Shown here: piece by piece, positions 46,701-58,622 of the stretch | Numbering within the stretch: the stretch's first letter is position 1 | Layout: every line of letters starts with the position of its first letter | Assembly: GCA_030390025.1 (NCBI GenBank) | Contig: CM059432.1 | Span: forward strand, 153,390,001-153,454,000 | DNA: 64,000 nt | Source of the DNA: Squalus acanthias | Lineage: Eukaryota | Direction: 5' to 3' | Program-made: the position numbers and the translations under genes | The notes under the pieces: generated by a model | Database searches by the model: none | What the model was told of the DNA's origin: nothing | The model's input: only the letters and a program-made list of their open reading frames with translations

Positions 46701-46901
46701 TGCTTGATGGGCCATTTCAGAGGGCAGTTAAGAGGCAACCACATTACTGTGGGTCTGGAGTCACATATCGGCCAGACCAGGTAAGGACAACAGATTTCCT
46801 TCCCTGGGTGCCGTGGTGGGATTTGAACTCACGTCTCCGGATCATTAGTTCAGGCCTCTGGATTACTAGTCCAGTAACATAATCATTACGCTATCATTCC
46901 C
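43781..46901 (-). mobile_element. Single-ORF APE-RT LINE (CR1/L2 group, clade not determined) with a tRNA-derived 5' head
   Basis: LLTNIWGL, LTESYL, GDFN, SDH, NYRPI, GVPQGSVLGP and FADD across broken ORFs from about 46656 to 43843; A-tail at 43781; no ORF1. Confidence 0.92.
46812..46901 (-). promoter_or_regulatory. tRNA-derived internal Pol III promoter (A and B boxes)
   Basis: TAGCGTAATGA at +9; anticodon-like arm CTGGA-CTAGTAA-TCCAG; T-arm GTGAG-TTCAAAT-CCCAC. Confidence 0.8.
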
Positions 46902-47676
46902 GTTGTTGTTGCTGGTGCTCATCCTGGTCCTCATCTGAGGTCCTAGGTAAATGAGCATAAGCGGCACCCATGCTGATCTAATATATGATAGATGTAAAGT
47001 GGAGATCAGACGCACCATCCGCCAATGTAGTGAGAGTGACCTCCAATGTCGTGAGAGTGACCTCCAATGTAGTGAGAGTGACCTCCAAAGTTGTAGAAAT
47101 CACCTGCAAACTCCTGAAAGCAAACTCTTAGAACAAGTGGTGTGAGCAAAAGCTTTTCCGTTGGGCAAGGAAGCAGGTCACAGTACTTGTGGGATTTTTT
47201 TGCCTGTCATTTGTTCAGCTCCCTCAATTGCCGCTCTGCTCTCGCCTTACTTACACTGGCGACGTTCAGCAAGCCCGGGAATCCCGTGGACACCCAGTAA
47301 AAGTTCAAACCACAGGTAAAAAAGGCTCTTAATAGCCTCTTAACTAGTTGTTAATTGCTTTAAAAAGGTAACCTGCCTCTCCCGAGGGGGTTTCTTGCTC
47401 GCAGCCGAATGCGCTCGGGTTAAATGCGGAACTGGTGGGTTGAAGCCAACTTCCTGACCCGCTGTCAATTTCAGCGCTTTTAACCTCCCACCCGCTCCCA
47501 AATCCACTCACTCTTTGATATTAAAATTCAAGCCAGTGGAATCTGAATATCCAAACAAAAGGGCAGCTTGTAGTTTTAGCAATGATTCTCGTCCCTCTCA
47601 CTCCAAAACAAAAGAGGGTTTTGTAGCCCCAACTACATAAAGCATCAACAAACCTCCAGCTATGGATATACTAAAT

Positions 47677-48438
47677 GGCCCAAAAATTCGTCTGAATACG
47701 GGAGAGTACGAACTGTGCATTCTCGCGTATTCGGTCCCGAAGTGACGGTTTCCTGCATGCACTGCGCATGCGCGGGAAACCGGCACTTCCGGTATGGCGA
47801 AGGGGGCGGTTCCTAAGTGAACCGCGTGCGCACTACAGGCTGTGCGCACGCAGCACACTTAGGTTTTTTTTCAGGTTTCAACGCGAGGGTAAGTGTTGAA
47901 AATTTTACACATGAAGAAAGGAGGCGTAAGACCCCCTTTTAACAAGGTAAGTAGTTAATTAAGTATTATTTAAAAAAATTTCAACAGGATTATCTTTTTT
48001 AGAGACTTTAAAGGACGGTAAGTTTATTTTTATAACTTTTAAAAAGAATTTAAATTTTTTCAAAAATTTAAATTTTTGTTTAAAGTGGTTAATTTATTTA
48101 ACTATAGTTATTTTATTAATGTGATGGTTTTTTTTAAATTTATTTGAGGTTTAGCTGTTCTTTTGGGGGCAATTTGTATTCATAGTTTTGACAGTTCTCC
48201 TGTCAAAACTATGAATGAAAGATGGTGTGCTGCCATTGGCTCTCCATGGCCCACGTGATCCCAGAGGTCGCATCGAACTAACTGCGCCTCTGGGACACGC
48301 ACACACTGCGCACCGGCACCAGGGAGAGGCCCAGGAGCTGAAGTTCGTGTGGGCCCGAAACACAACGGCCGACGCGGAGTGTGATATCGCGGGGGATCCT
48401 TACCCCCGCGGCAAGACTCAGAGTCAAATTTCTGGGCC
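47677..48438 (-). mobile_element. Harbinger-type MITE (family of 14023 and 55403)
   Basis: GGCCCAAAAATT and AATTTCTGGGCC ends; AAT on both flanks. Confidence 0.9.
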
Positions 48439-48814
48439 AATATCTTTTTTTCAAATATCTTAGTTAGACAGATAAATATTATTCTCTTATGTTCCTGGGC
48501 GAGCCAGTTTTAAAGCTTAGATATAAACTGAGGAGAAAATGGAGTATTTCTTTACACGGGGATGCATCTCTGTCAAAAAGGGACATCATACTGTCGAACA
48601 AACATTTTGATGATCTTTTACCACTACTATAAAACTCTTTGTTAAATAAACTCCAATTACTTGTCACATTAAACTGCTCCCAAGGTAGTTTAAACTGACA
48701 AACATTAATATGTAAAGTCAGTGTAGGTATACAGCTTGTTTACTGCGTAGTTAGCACTGGAAAATGAATACTCTTTGTACATTTCTCATCATGTTTGCCA
48801 CGTACAGTTATATC

Positions 48815-49740
48815 GGAACAAAGGAACAGGAGTAGGAGATTCAGCCCCTCAAGCCTGTTCTGCCATTCAATCAGATCATGGCTGATCTGCACTAACTCCA
48901 TTTGCCCGCCTTTGCTCCATATCCCTCGATACACTTACCTAACAAAAATCTATCGATCTCAGTCTTGAAAATTTCAAGTGATCCGGCATCTGCGGCCTTT
49001 TGGGGCAGAGAGTTCCAGATTTCCATTACCCTTTGTTTGCAACAGTGCTTCCTGATTTCACTCCTGTACGGCTTTGCTCTAATTCTGAGATTGCGTCGCC
49101 TTGTTCTGGATTCCCCATCAGAGGAAATAGTTTCTCTGTATTTACCCTATCGAATCCTTTAATCATGTTAAACACCTAGATCAGATCACCCTCAATCTTC
49201 TATACTCAGGGGAATACAAGCCAAGATTATGCAACCTGTCCTCATAATATAACCTGCGAAGCCCTGGTCTAATTCTGGAGACTCAGCGCTATACTCCCTC
49301 TAAGACCAATATATCCTTCCTGAGGTGCATTGCCCAGAACCGAATACAATACTTCAGATGGAGTCTGGCAAAGGCTCTATACAACTGAAGCATAACTTCC
49401 TCCCCTTTGTATTCCAGCCTCCTTGAGATAAAGGCCAATATTCCATTAGTCTTTTTGATTACTTTTTGTACCTGTCCACTAGCTTTTAGTGATATGAGTG
49501 CATGGACACCCAAATCTCTTTGCTCCTCCAGTTCCTAGTTTCTCATCATTAAGAAAATACTCTGATTTGTCTTTCTTGGATCTAAAGTGGATGACCTCAC
49601 ACTTCCCCACATTGAACTCCATTTGCCATAGTTTTGTCCACTCACTTAATCTCCCTATGTCCCTTTGTAACTTCCTGCTGCCATCTGCGCAACTTACTGT
49701 GCCTCCTAACTCAGTGTCATCTGCTAACTTGGATATACAA
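48815..49740 (-). mobile_element. 5'-truncated CR1
   Basis: ISKLADDTELGG and WQMEFNVGKCEVIH; 3'UTR. Confidence 0.92.
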
Positions 49741-50284
49741 GTAGTTGTGCCCCGATCCTGTCCCACTTTCCAGGGTTGCGGCATTAGCATTAATTGGGTG
49801 AGTGCCCATGCCATTAATGGTGCCCGGCGTTGCCCGCCTCAGGAATCTCAACGTGGAGCCAGCCACAGCATAATGGTGCTGGCCTGAAGAATTGAAAGAA
49901 AAAAAAGCTGTTTCTTTGTCTGAGAGGCTAGTTTGCAGACGCCAATCAATCTCAATGATTTAAATGCCTCTACTGTCCTAGTAATGCTGGGCGCCAGAGA
50001 TGCACAGGTGCTCTTTGTGCCCCGTGTTGCTAAGGGTGAAAATATAAGAATGCGATTGATATTTCAATGGGCGAAAAAAGGAGCAGGGACCTAGCGTAAT
50101 TGGTGCAAGCCCAATTTGTGCCCCTGCCTGAGATGAATACAGTATTAATATGCCAAAAGGGCTGAGGAAATTCAGCCCTATCTTTAAATGTTAAATAAAA
50201 CTGGATGCAGTCTTTGTCCTCACTGATTAATAATATATTGTTTATAAAATTAGCTCTCACAGTTAATTATTTTCAACTAAGTAA

Positions 50285-50955
50285 TTTCACCCAGAGTGGT
50301 TAGAATGTGGAACTCACTACCACAAGGAGTGGTTGAGGCGAATAGCATAGATGCATTTAAGGGGAAGCTAGATAAACACATGAGGGAGAAATTAATAGAA
50401 GGTAATGCTGATAGGGTTAGATGAAGAGGGATGGAGGAGGCTTTTGTGGAGCATAAACATTGGCACAGGCCAGGAGGGTCGAATGGCCTGTATATGTGCT
50501 GTACATTCTATGTAAAAAAAATGTATGCAATATTCCTTCATCCAAGTCCTATCGTGAAAAGCTGAGGCCCCAGTACAGATCCCTGGGGAACATTACTTGT
50601 CACATCCTGCCAATCAGAGTACGTTCCCTTTATCCCTACTCTCTGTCTCCGACCTCCCAACCAAAGTCGCAAGATTGCCTTAAACTCCGTGCGCTTTCAC
50701 TTTTGTTAATAATTTCTTGTGTGGAATCTTATCAAATGCCTTCTGGAAGTTCATATATTAACATCAATAGACACTCCCTTATCCACCATGTTAGTGACCT
50801 CATTAAAAAATTCAATTAGATTAGTCAGACATTTGCAATTTTACAATCCAATAGCATAATTCCCAAATCAAGAGAGCTTTGAAAAATTATGACTAGCACA
50901 TCTGAAATTTCCTTACCTATTTCTTTTAATACCCTGGGGTGGTAACCAACAGGTC
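50285..50955. mobile_element. Two opposed CR1 fragments
   Basis: Plus-strand 3' end at 50285-50512; minus-strand RT piece at about 50530-50955. Confidence 0.75.
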
Positions 50956-50967
50956 ATAGAGTCATAA

Positions 50968-51434
50968 GGGAATAAATTCGGTTGCTTTGCGTTAACGGGG
51001 CGCAAAGCAACTAGCGCCCGGGTGCGGCGCCGCCAACGCCTCCCGCAAAATTCAACGGGGCGCTATGTCCGACGGGGTCAAGGGGGCCTACCTGCAGCCG
51101 AGCCGGCGCTAATTAAGTGCCTGGCTCTTTTACCGGCACTCCGCTCCCTGGTGGCCGAGCTGGGCCCGGGTCGCGCTGCGCTAGGCCCCGCCCCTTTAAG
51201 AAGGGGAGGAAGACCTGCAGTACTGCGGCACGACCTGCTGCAGCGCATGGCGCTGTGGCACGTAGCGCCGCGATATTCCCTCGCAGCGCCCCAAGAGGGA
51301 GGCAGGGCACTTCCAGTAGCACCCAGCTTCCCTCTTGGGGTTCTACCGATGAATTTCGGCCGCGGGGGCGCTAATTTTTTCGGGCCGCTAAAAGTAGGGC
51401 GCTAACGGGAGGTGCAAAGCAACCAAATTATTCC
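50968..51434. mobile_element. GC-rich Harbinger-type MITE
   Basis: GGGAATAAATTCGGTTGCTTTGC and GCAAAGCAACCAAATTATTCCCC ends; no clean target duplication. Confidence 0.8.
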
Positions 51435-51435
51435 C

Positions 51436-52930
51436 CCTGAGTGTCTCTGCTTCCACCACTTCCGTCGGCAGCGAATTCCAGGTCATCACCACTCGCTGTG
51501 TAAAATAGTTTTTCCTCACATTCCCCCCTATATCTCTTGCCCAAAACCGTAAATCTGTGTCCCCTAGTCCTTGTACCATCAACTAGTGGGAACAGCCTTT
51601 CCCCGTCTAGCCTATCCAAACCCGTCATAATCTTGTACACCTCTATCAAATCACCCCTCAACCTCCTTTGCTTTAATGAAAACAAATCCAGCTTCTCCAA
51701 CCTGTCCTTGTAGCCAAGATCCTCCATCCCCGGAACCATTCTGGTAAATCTCCTCTGCACCCTCTCAAGGGCCTTCACATCCTTCCTAAAGTGTGGTGAC
51801 CAGAACTGGACGCAATACTCCAGTTGTGGCCTAACCAGCGCTTTATAAAGGTTCAGCATAACTTCTCTACTTTTGTACTCAATACCTCGATTTATGAAGC
51901 CCAAGATCCCATATGCTTTGTTAACCACTCTCTCAATGTGTCCTGCCAGCTTCAAGGACCTATGCACATTAACTCCCAGGTCCCTCTGTCCCTGCACACT
52001 CTTTAAAACTGTGCCATTAAGTGTATATTGCCTCTCCCTGTTCTTTCTGCCAATATGCATCACCTCACACTTCTCTGTATTAAATTCCATCTGCCACTTG
52101 TCTGCCCATTCTGCTAGCCTTTCTATGTCCTGTTGCAGTCGATTGGTATCATCATCACTGTTTGCCACAACCCCAAGTTTGGTGTCATCGTCAAATTTAG
52201 AAATTCTGCTCTGTATTCCAATATCCAGGTCATTTATATATATCAAAAAAAGGTCTTGGAGATTTGTCTATCTCAAGTCGTATTATTTTCTCCATTACCA
52301 TTTTTTTTACTTGTATTAAATCCAATATTTTTCTCCTCTTGATTTATTTTTAGCTTCTCTTGTACCGCTGTTAGTTTGTCCTCTTCCTCTACTGTGATGA
52401 CAGATGCAAAGTACACATTTTAACAAGTCTGCCATTTCCTTATTGTCGATTAGTGTATCACCTGTGTCTGTCTTTAATTGGCCCATATTCCCATTTGCCA
52501 CTCTCTTTCTCTTTAAATACTTGTAAAAACTTTTAGTTAGCTTTGATATCCCTGCAATTATTTTTTCATATTCCCTTTTTGCACCTCTTAATACTTTGTA
52601 TCCCTTTGTTGCTTTTTACAGCTCTCCCAGTCTGCTGGATTTTGACTTTTCCTTGTATTTAAGGAAGCCTTTTTATCTTGATACTGTATCTTAACCTCAT
52701 TTGTTGACCATGGTTGCTTAACTGCACAAGTGAAACTTTTGCCTTTTAGGAGTATGTACTGGTCTTGCATTTTCCCAAATACTTCTTTGAATACCTCTCA
52801 TTGTTTGTCTGTACGTTAACCATTAACAGTTCAGCCCAGTTTACTGTGGTCAGATTTATATCTCAGCTCTTCGAAATTTGCCTTACTTAAGTTTAAACCC
52901 TTGGTTTGTGACTCTCCCGTCTTCCTCTCA
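51436..52930 (-). mobile_element. CR1 ORF2 fragments
   Basis: 272-aa RT C-terminal ORF 51428-52246; older upstream ORF2 relic to about 52930. Confidence 0.9.
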
Positions 52931-53483
52931 AACTTAAAATCAAATGGCTAAGATGGGGGACACTGAATTCATTACAAATCTCCCACTGGTTATTACACAA
53001 TTGTTTGAAAACAGATTGATCATTTTGAGTATTTTAAGCACAATAATAAAATACCAACTGCAGCTTGTTACCTATTATTTCTATCAAGGTATGTCCATTA
53101 GCACAGTCCAACAGGTGCGCGCTGTGTGTGTATGTGCACATGCGCGTGTCTTTCTGTGAACACCCAAAAGAAAGGAAAGCTTGTAGTTTTAGGAATATTT
53201 CTCCCCCTCCCACTCCAAAACATAAGAGGATTTTTGTAGCCCAACTTCAGGAGTTTAACCCCTCCATTTTCTGGCATTTGGCCTTTGCATTTCTCCACTA
53301 ACAAGACCAATTCAACATACAAAATGACTGTCCTCAGCAATGAACACACATTCTTTTTTCTCTGCTTCTAAAATGTTGCCACACAAACAGACCATTCAAC
53401 AATTGTTCCAATTGATCAAGTCAGAGATGGCACAATATTTGAAAGCAATGAAGTAGGTAACATTAAAATCAACAAAAAATACA

Positions 53484-56428
53484 GCCGAAAAATTTGGGGG
53501 ATTAGCGGCACCCGCTACCGCCAGATTCAGGCGAAAAAATGGCAGCCTCCACTCTTCCGCCCGCTGCCGGCGGGTCCCGCGGTGGCCGATATTTTCGGAT
53601 GGCCTGGCAGCGCTGCCGATGTTCACGCTCGCTAGGGATATGTAGACTATGCAGATCGCAACATCAGTGAGTGTGCAATGCACACCTGACGCTCGATCTG
53701 CCATTTTGGAGTTCACCGCTCAACATGCCTTAAGTGCGACGAGCTGAGCAAATATTCACAAGCAGGAAGGAGGCTGAAGCAGTTCTATTTAAAGGGATCA
53801 TCATCAACAACTTGCACCTGACATGTTTCTGCAGTTTGACCGGCTCTGTGGAGCTTTCTGCAACTCCAGCAGCTTTACCATCATCTTTCAAGGTTCTAAG
53901 GTAACAGGGAGTGTTGTTACAAGTGGAGAACACCTTTATTCTTATTTAAAGGCTTCTGCTCATAACACTTGCACACAGTCATGGGGGCTGTACTGGCAGT
54001 CCCCCTCACGCTCGAGTATCTTAGGGAGAGGGAGCGGAGGCAGTGAGGAAGACGAGAAGATGCGCACAGAGGGAGGAGGAGGAGGGGTCAGGAAGGCTCT
54101 CAACAGGAGGCCTTACCCACCTAGGGTCCTCAGAGAGCAATTCTCTTGTATCCACTTAAGTGAGGAGCAGCGTATTAGGAGGCTCCTCTTCAGCAATGAG
54201 GTGGTCACAGAGCTCTGCCACCTCCTGCAACCAGACCTGCAGGCTGAGAGCAGGTTCCATCGGCTCTCCCAGTGGCCCTCAAGGTCACCATGGCCCTCAA
54301 TTTCTTCCAGTCTGCAGCATGAGACATAGCTAACATTTCACAGTTCACCGTTCATCACTGCGTCTGGGAGGTCACTGAGGCTCTCTACACCAGGAGAAGG
54401 GACTACATTTTCTTCTTTCTGAGCAGAGAGAAGCAGGACGAGCATGCATGTGGCTTTGCCAGATAGCGGGCTTCCCCATGGTGCAGGATCGTCCTGGATC
54501 GTGGGGAGGGGGACGCTCGATGGTCCTGTGGGAGAGTAAAGGCATGATTTAGACATCTGATATTGATGTAGCAGACACAGCCTTTTGAGCAGATGATACA
54601 ACGCGATTCTCTATGAACATCATATGCCACTGCTTTCTGAGAGGGATGAATCTCTATTGTGTCACCAGCTTCCTCTAGTGTGCCCGTCTCTCCATCGCCC
54701 ACTTCCAGGTCCTCGCCACCTCCAACAATCTCGTTTGCTGCCTCCTCAGCACTGGTCAATGTGGCTAGGGTTGGTGTTCCTCCTCCAGTCATTGCTCTCT
54801 CCCTCTTTTTGTGGGCTATCTGTTCCTGCAAGGAGGGACACAAGCGGTGTTTCAGCCACAGTGATGGAGTGAGTGTGATTAATCCCTACATAGAAGGTTT
54901 GAGGGAGACGGGTACGGTGCCAAGAGGAAGCTAGCTCCCTGTGCATTGTTAGTTGTTGTCACTGCGTGACAGTGAGAGCGAGTCTAAGGGGTGCATAGGC
55001 AGGATGCTGAAGTGATTCAGTGCAGAGACAGAGATGGATAGGAGAGGGTGCAAGGGAAGTAAGGGTAAGGTGGGATGTGAAGGAGGAGGCTTACAACGCA
55101 GAGTGCTGGTGATGAGAAGAGAAGGGAGGCAGATTGAAGGCAAGTGTGATGGGATACTCACTTTTGATGTTCGCACAAGATCATTAAACCTTTTTCGGCA
55201 CTGGATCCATGAGCGTGAACATATGGACCTTGCGCTCACCTCCTGAGCAATGCGCAGCCAGGCTGCCTTGGTCTGCTGAGGAGGCTTCCTCCGGCCATCA
55301 GGAGGGAAGAGAATCTCCCTGCGCCCACTGACAGCATCCACAAGAACATGGAGGGAGTCATCATTAAATCGAGGAGCTGCCTTGCCTCTGGAAGAAGTCA
55401 ATGGGCCAGAAATTCGGCTCTTGTCGGGTGAGTACGCGCTGTGTACTCACCCGTAAGGCCACCTGAAGTGCCGGTTTCACGCATGCACTGCGCATGCGCA
55501 GGAAACCGGAACTTCCGTTCCCCTGAAGGGAGGGGTTCAGAAGTCGAACACGTGCGCGGGAGAGGCTGCGCGCACGCAGCGAACTTCGTTTTTTTTTTCA
55601 GGTTTCTCCGTGAGGGTAAGTATGAAGAAGCTGCGCTTTTAAAAAGGAGGCGCAAGGCCTGTTTTTAACAAGGTAAGTGGTTAATTAATTACAATTTAAA
55701 CATTTTTTTCAACAGGTTTATCTTTTTTAGATACTTTAAAGAAAGGTAAGTTTATTTTTAGCACCGTTAAAAAGTATAATTAATTTTTTCAAAAATTAAA
55801 ATTTTTGTTTGAAGTAGTTAATTTATGTAACTTATAGTTATTTTAAAAATGTGATGTAAAAAAAATGTATTTGAAGTTTAAGTGTGGTTTTGGGACCGAT
55901 CTCTATTCATAGATTTGACAGGTCTTCCTGTCAAATCTATGAATGAAAATGCCCTGTTAGGATTGGCTCTCCATGGCCCACGTGATCCCAGGGGACGCTT
56001 CGAACTAACTGCGCCCCTGGGATACGCAAGCACTGCGTGCCGGCAGCTGGAGGAGGCCCAGGACCCGCAGTCCTCGTGGGCCCAAAGCACAACGGCAGGC
56101 GCGGTAGGCAAGTACGCGCGCGATGCTTGCACCCGCAGGAAGCCGGAAAGCCGAATTTCTGGCCCATTGTGTTTAAATCAAGTCCAGGAATCCACAATGG
56201 AAAGGCTCAGGCTGGATGGCAGCTTTAAAAGCAGCTGCTGTTATGACATCATCAGAGGCGGCCAGCCGACCCGATCGCACTCATTGGACCGGCCAGCGCG
56301 CCTCCTTAAAATTAACAAGCTCATTGAATCAAAATCAGACATCTGCAGCTGTTCCCGCCGGAAGCGGCTCCGGAACCCGCCCACCACGCAACCCGACTCC
56401 AACCCGCCTCGGGAATTAAAATCGAGCT
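53484..56428. mobile_element. Internally deleted Harbinger (transposase 5' part on plus, Myb exons on minus)
   Basis: RRPYPPRV after the ATG at 53981; Myb APRFNDDSLHVLV...RSWIQCRKRFNDL (54949-55401); exon 2 TGGGTPTLATLT; right end TTAAAATCGAGC. Could be two abutting elements. Confidence 0.7.
55403..56165 (-). mobile_element. Harbinger-type MITE inserted at the Myb start codon
   Basis: Perfect 15-bp TIR GGGCCAGAAATTCGG; flanks AAT/ATT. Confidence 0.92.
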
Positions 56429-56429
56429 G

Positions 56430-57699
56430 GTGTCTGCGAATGACAGATGCAGTGACGCTATGTCTTCTTCTTCTCCCCCCTCGCTCTCCTGTATCGCCTC
56501 AGGGACAGGCTGCTCAGGTTCTTGGTCTTGATTAGCTGAAAGTAGAAAGGCACAAGAGTCGGGTTATGGTGAGGGGAGGAAGTAAGATATGCATGCATAC
56601 AGCATCAGCAGCTTGAAAGTGAGAAGAGATTGTGGTGTTCAACATGGCGGAGGACTGATTCATCAGCTGAGGGAGAAGAAGGATTAAGAATGAGCATACC
56701 GTTGTTGTCCCCAAGGGGTTGTCACGCCCTCCATGATGTGCCGCCCAATGATCTCCAGCACTCTCTCCTCCAGCTGGCTGAGGTCCTGGATGGCAGTTTG
56801 CCCGCCGCCTGTCTGTCGCTGCTCTCTCTGATTATGCGCAACCTTGGCCTGCAAGAGATAGGGAAGTGTGTGATTGAGTGTGATGCAATGTGTTTGGGTG
56901 ATGTGCCTGCCATGGTTGAATAGCTGTCAGCGTGTGCAAGGTGTGAGATGTGTGTGTGAGTTTTGAAGCAGTGGTAAGGTTGTGAGGGTGAAGTGAAGCT
57001 ATGATTGTGAGGTGTGAGTGGTGAAAGGTAGATATTATTGGGAGGTGAGTGCTGAGGGTGTGATGCATTGAGCAGTGTGTGAGGCTTGTGGTGCAGATAG
57101 TGGGATATGGCATTTGCTGAAGCCTTCCCTCACCTTGACCTGCCGTGTGAGGTCATTAAACTTCTTTCGGCACTGGATGGCCGACCTTGGGACCACAGTG
57201 CTGGCCGTCACATAGGAGGCTATCTCCTGCCAGAGCCTTCGAGATATATGGGGCGAGGGATCCCTGCCAGTGTGTGGGAAGAGGACAGCCCGCCTCTTCT
57301 TCACAGCCATGACCAGTGCCTCAAGAGCCGGATAGGAGAATCTGCTGGCTCTCTCCCTGTGCTGAGGCTCCGCCATGTGTTTGCACTGCCGTCTCCTTCC
57401 AGCTGAAGTTATGAGTAGCTTGACAATGAGGTGCTGTAGCATCAATGCACCTCCCCTTTAAGTACTGAATAAAGCCTGTGCCACACATGACTGGGACTTA
57501 GAGTGGACCCGACATTGGTCCACCTATTGAGCGGTAAGCCAATGAACAGCGGTTTTACCGCCGAAAGCAAGACTACAATCATGTTAATGAGGACTGAGCA
57601 TGAATTTTGCGTGCTACTGAGACCATTTTGATCTGGCGCAGCTTAACATCGTTGGGCCTTAACACTGTCCGTTTCATGGTCATATCCAATTTCTAGGCC
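56430..57699 (-). mobile_element. Harbinger Myb-side half of another family
   Basis: MAEPQHRERASRFSYPALEALV...LWQEIA...RSAIQCRKKFNDL; end CCAATTTCTAGGCC. Confidence 0.8.
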
Positions 57700-58622
57700 T
57701 ACGTCTTTTCTGATTTTTACAACCCATTTTATCACTACAGATACTTAACCTTTAGTAATTCAAGAAATGTAATATGAATATTTGCAGACACTAATTAGCA
57801 GGTTTTTCTGGGGGTGAATTTAGAAACAAGTTCAAATAACCCTTTATGTTAACGTACTCTTCTTAACTTTTCCAAGTCAGCTAGGAGATCACTTTTTTAT
57901 TGTTCCGTTAAAAAAATGATAGGATATTTTTATTGAAAACATTTTTTCTTGTTAAAATCAGGTGTATTTACACACAAGCACATTGAGGTTTAGGTGTATG
58001 TGTGTAGAATGCACAATAGAATGACAATTGGCAAATCTCTTTCACAGTGAAACTATGCATAACAAAACCGAAGGACAATTTTCCACAATAATAAATTACT
58101 CCAATCTTCACCCATTTGCTATAACAAAGATAACTACTGTTGTGTCGCTGAAATTCAGAATTTGCTATTCATCTAAAAATACAGCATTCCAGGTACAGCC
58201 TATGGGAACTGACATTACAAAGTTTCATGCATTTATTCTTGATCCTTGAAAGCAATCTAACTATCAGTCATCTGACTGACAGCATTGCTGTCTTATCAAA
58301 TTCTTTCCAAAAACACTATTATCTAAATAATTGTTGGCACCACTGAGGAGACAGTTGTTTTAAAGATGATAGCATGATTGGGCTGCATTCATAGACAAAA
58401 TATATCAGCAATGACATGATACACATGCAGTATCACACCGATTATACAAATAAGGGCAGATTCTTTCCAAGGACATTTTAAAAATTGTTGTTATGCTGCG
58501 AGTCCACTACCATTTCAGACTAAGGACACTTATTTCCGGATATTCCTCTCTTTTCCCCATTTAAAAGGGCAGTGGCACAAAATGCCCCAAATTTAGTAGC
58601 TAAGTGTTAATATTTTAACTAC

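Larger units (their letters stand above)
42669..46971 (-). pseudogene. Harbinger transposase pseudogene split by a LINE
   Basis: MGAAYAHLPRTSDEDQDEHQQQQ from 46971, resuming at 43780; [22 protein letters not shown] and CALHN; frameshifted. Confidence 0.9.
39849..47534. mobile_element. End-to-end PIF/Harbinger transposon, decayed, with nested retroelements
   Basis: TIRs GGCCGGAATTTTGA and TTAAAATTCAAGCC; AGT on both flanks (39846-39848, 47535-47537); convergent Myb (plus) and transposase (minus) genes. Confidence 0.9.

Noticed and set aside
46812..46901. Functional tRNA gene
   Set aside because: The acceptor stem does not pair, the variable region is long, there is no T-run terminator and it is fused to a retroelement.
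43765..46917. 16-bp target duplication around the tRNA-headed LINE
   Set aside because: It has three mismatches and the host encodes an HQ repeat here, so the similarity may predate insertion; not used as evidence.
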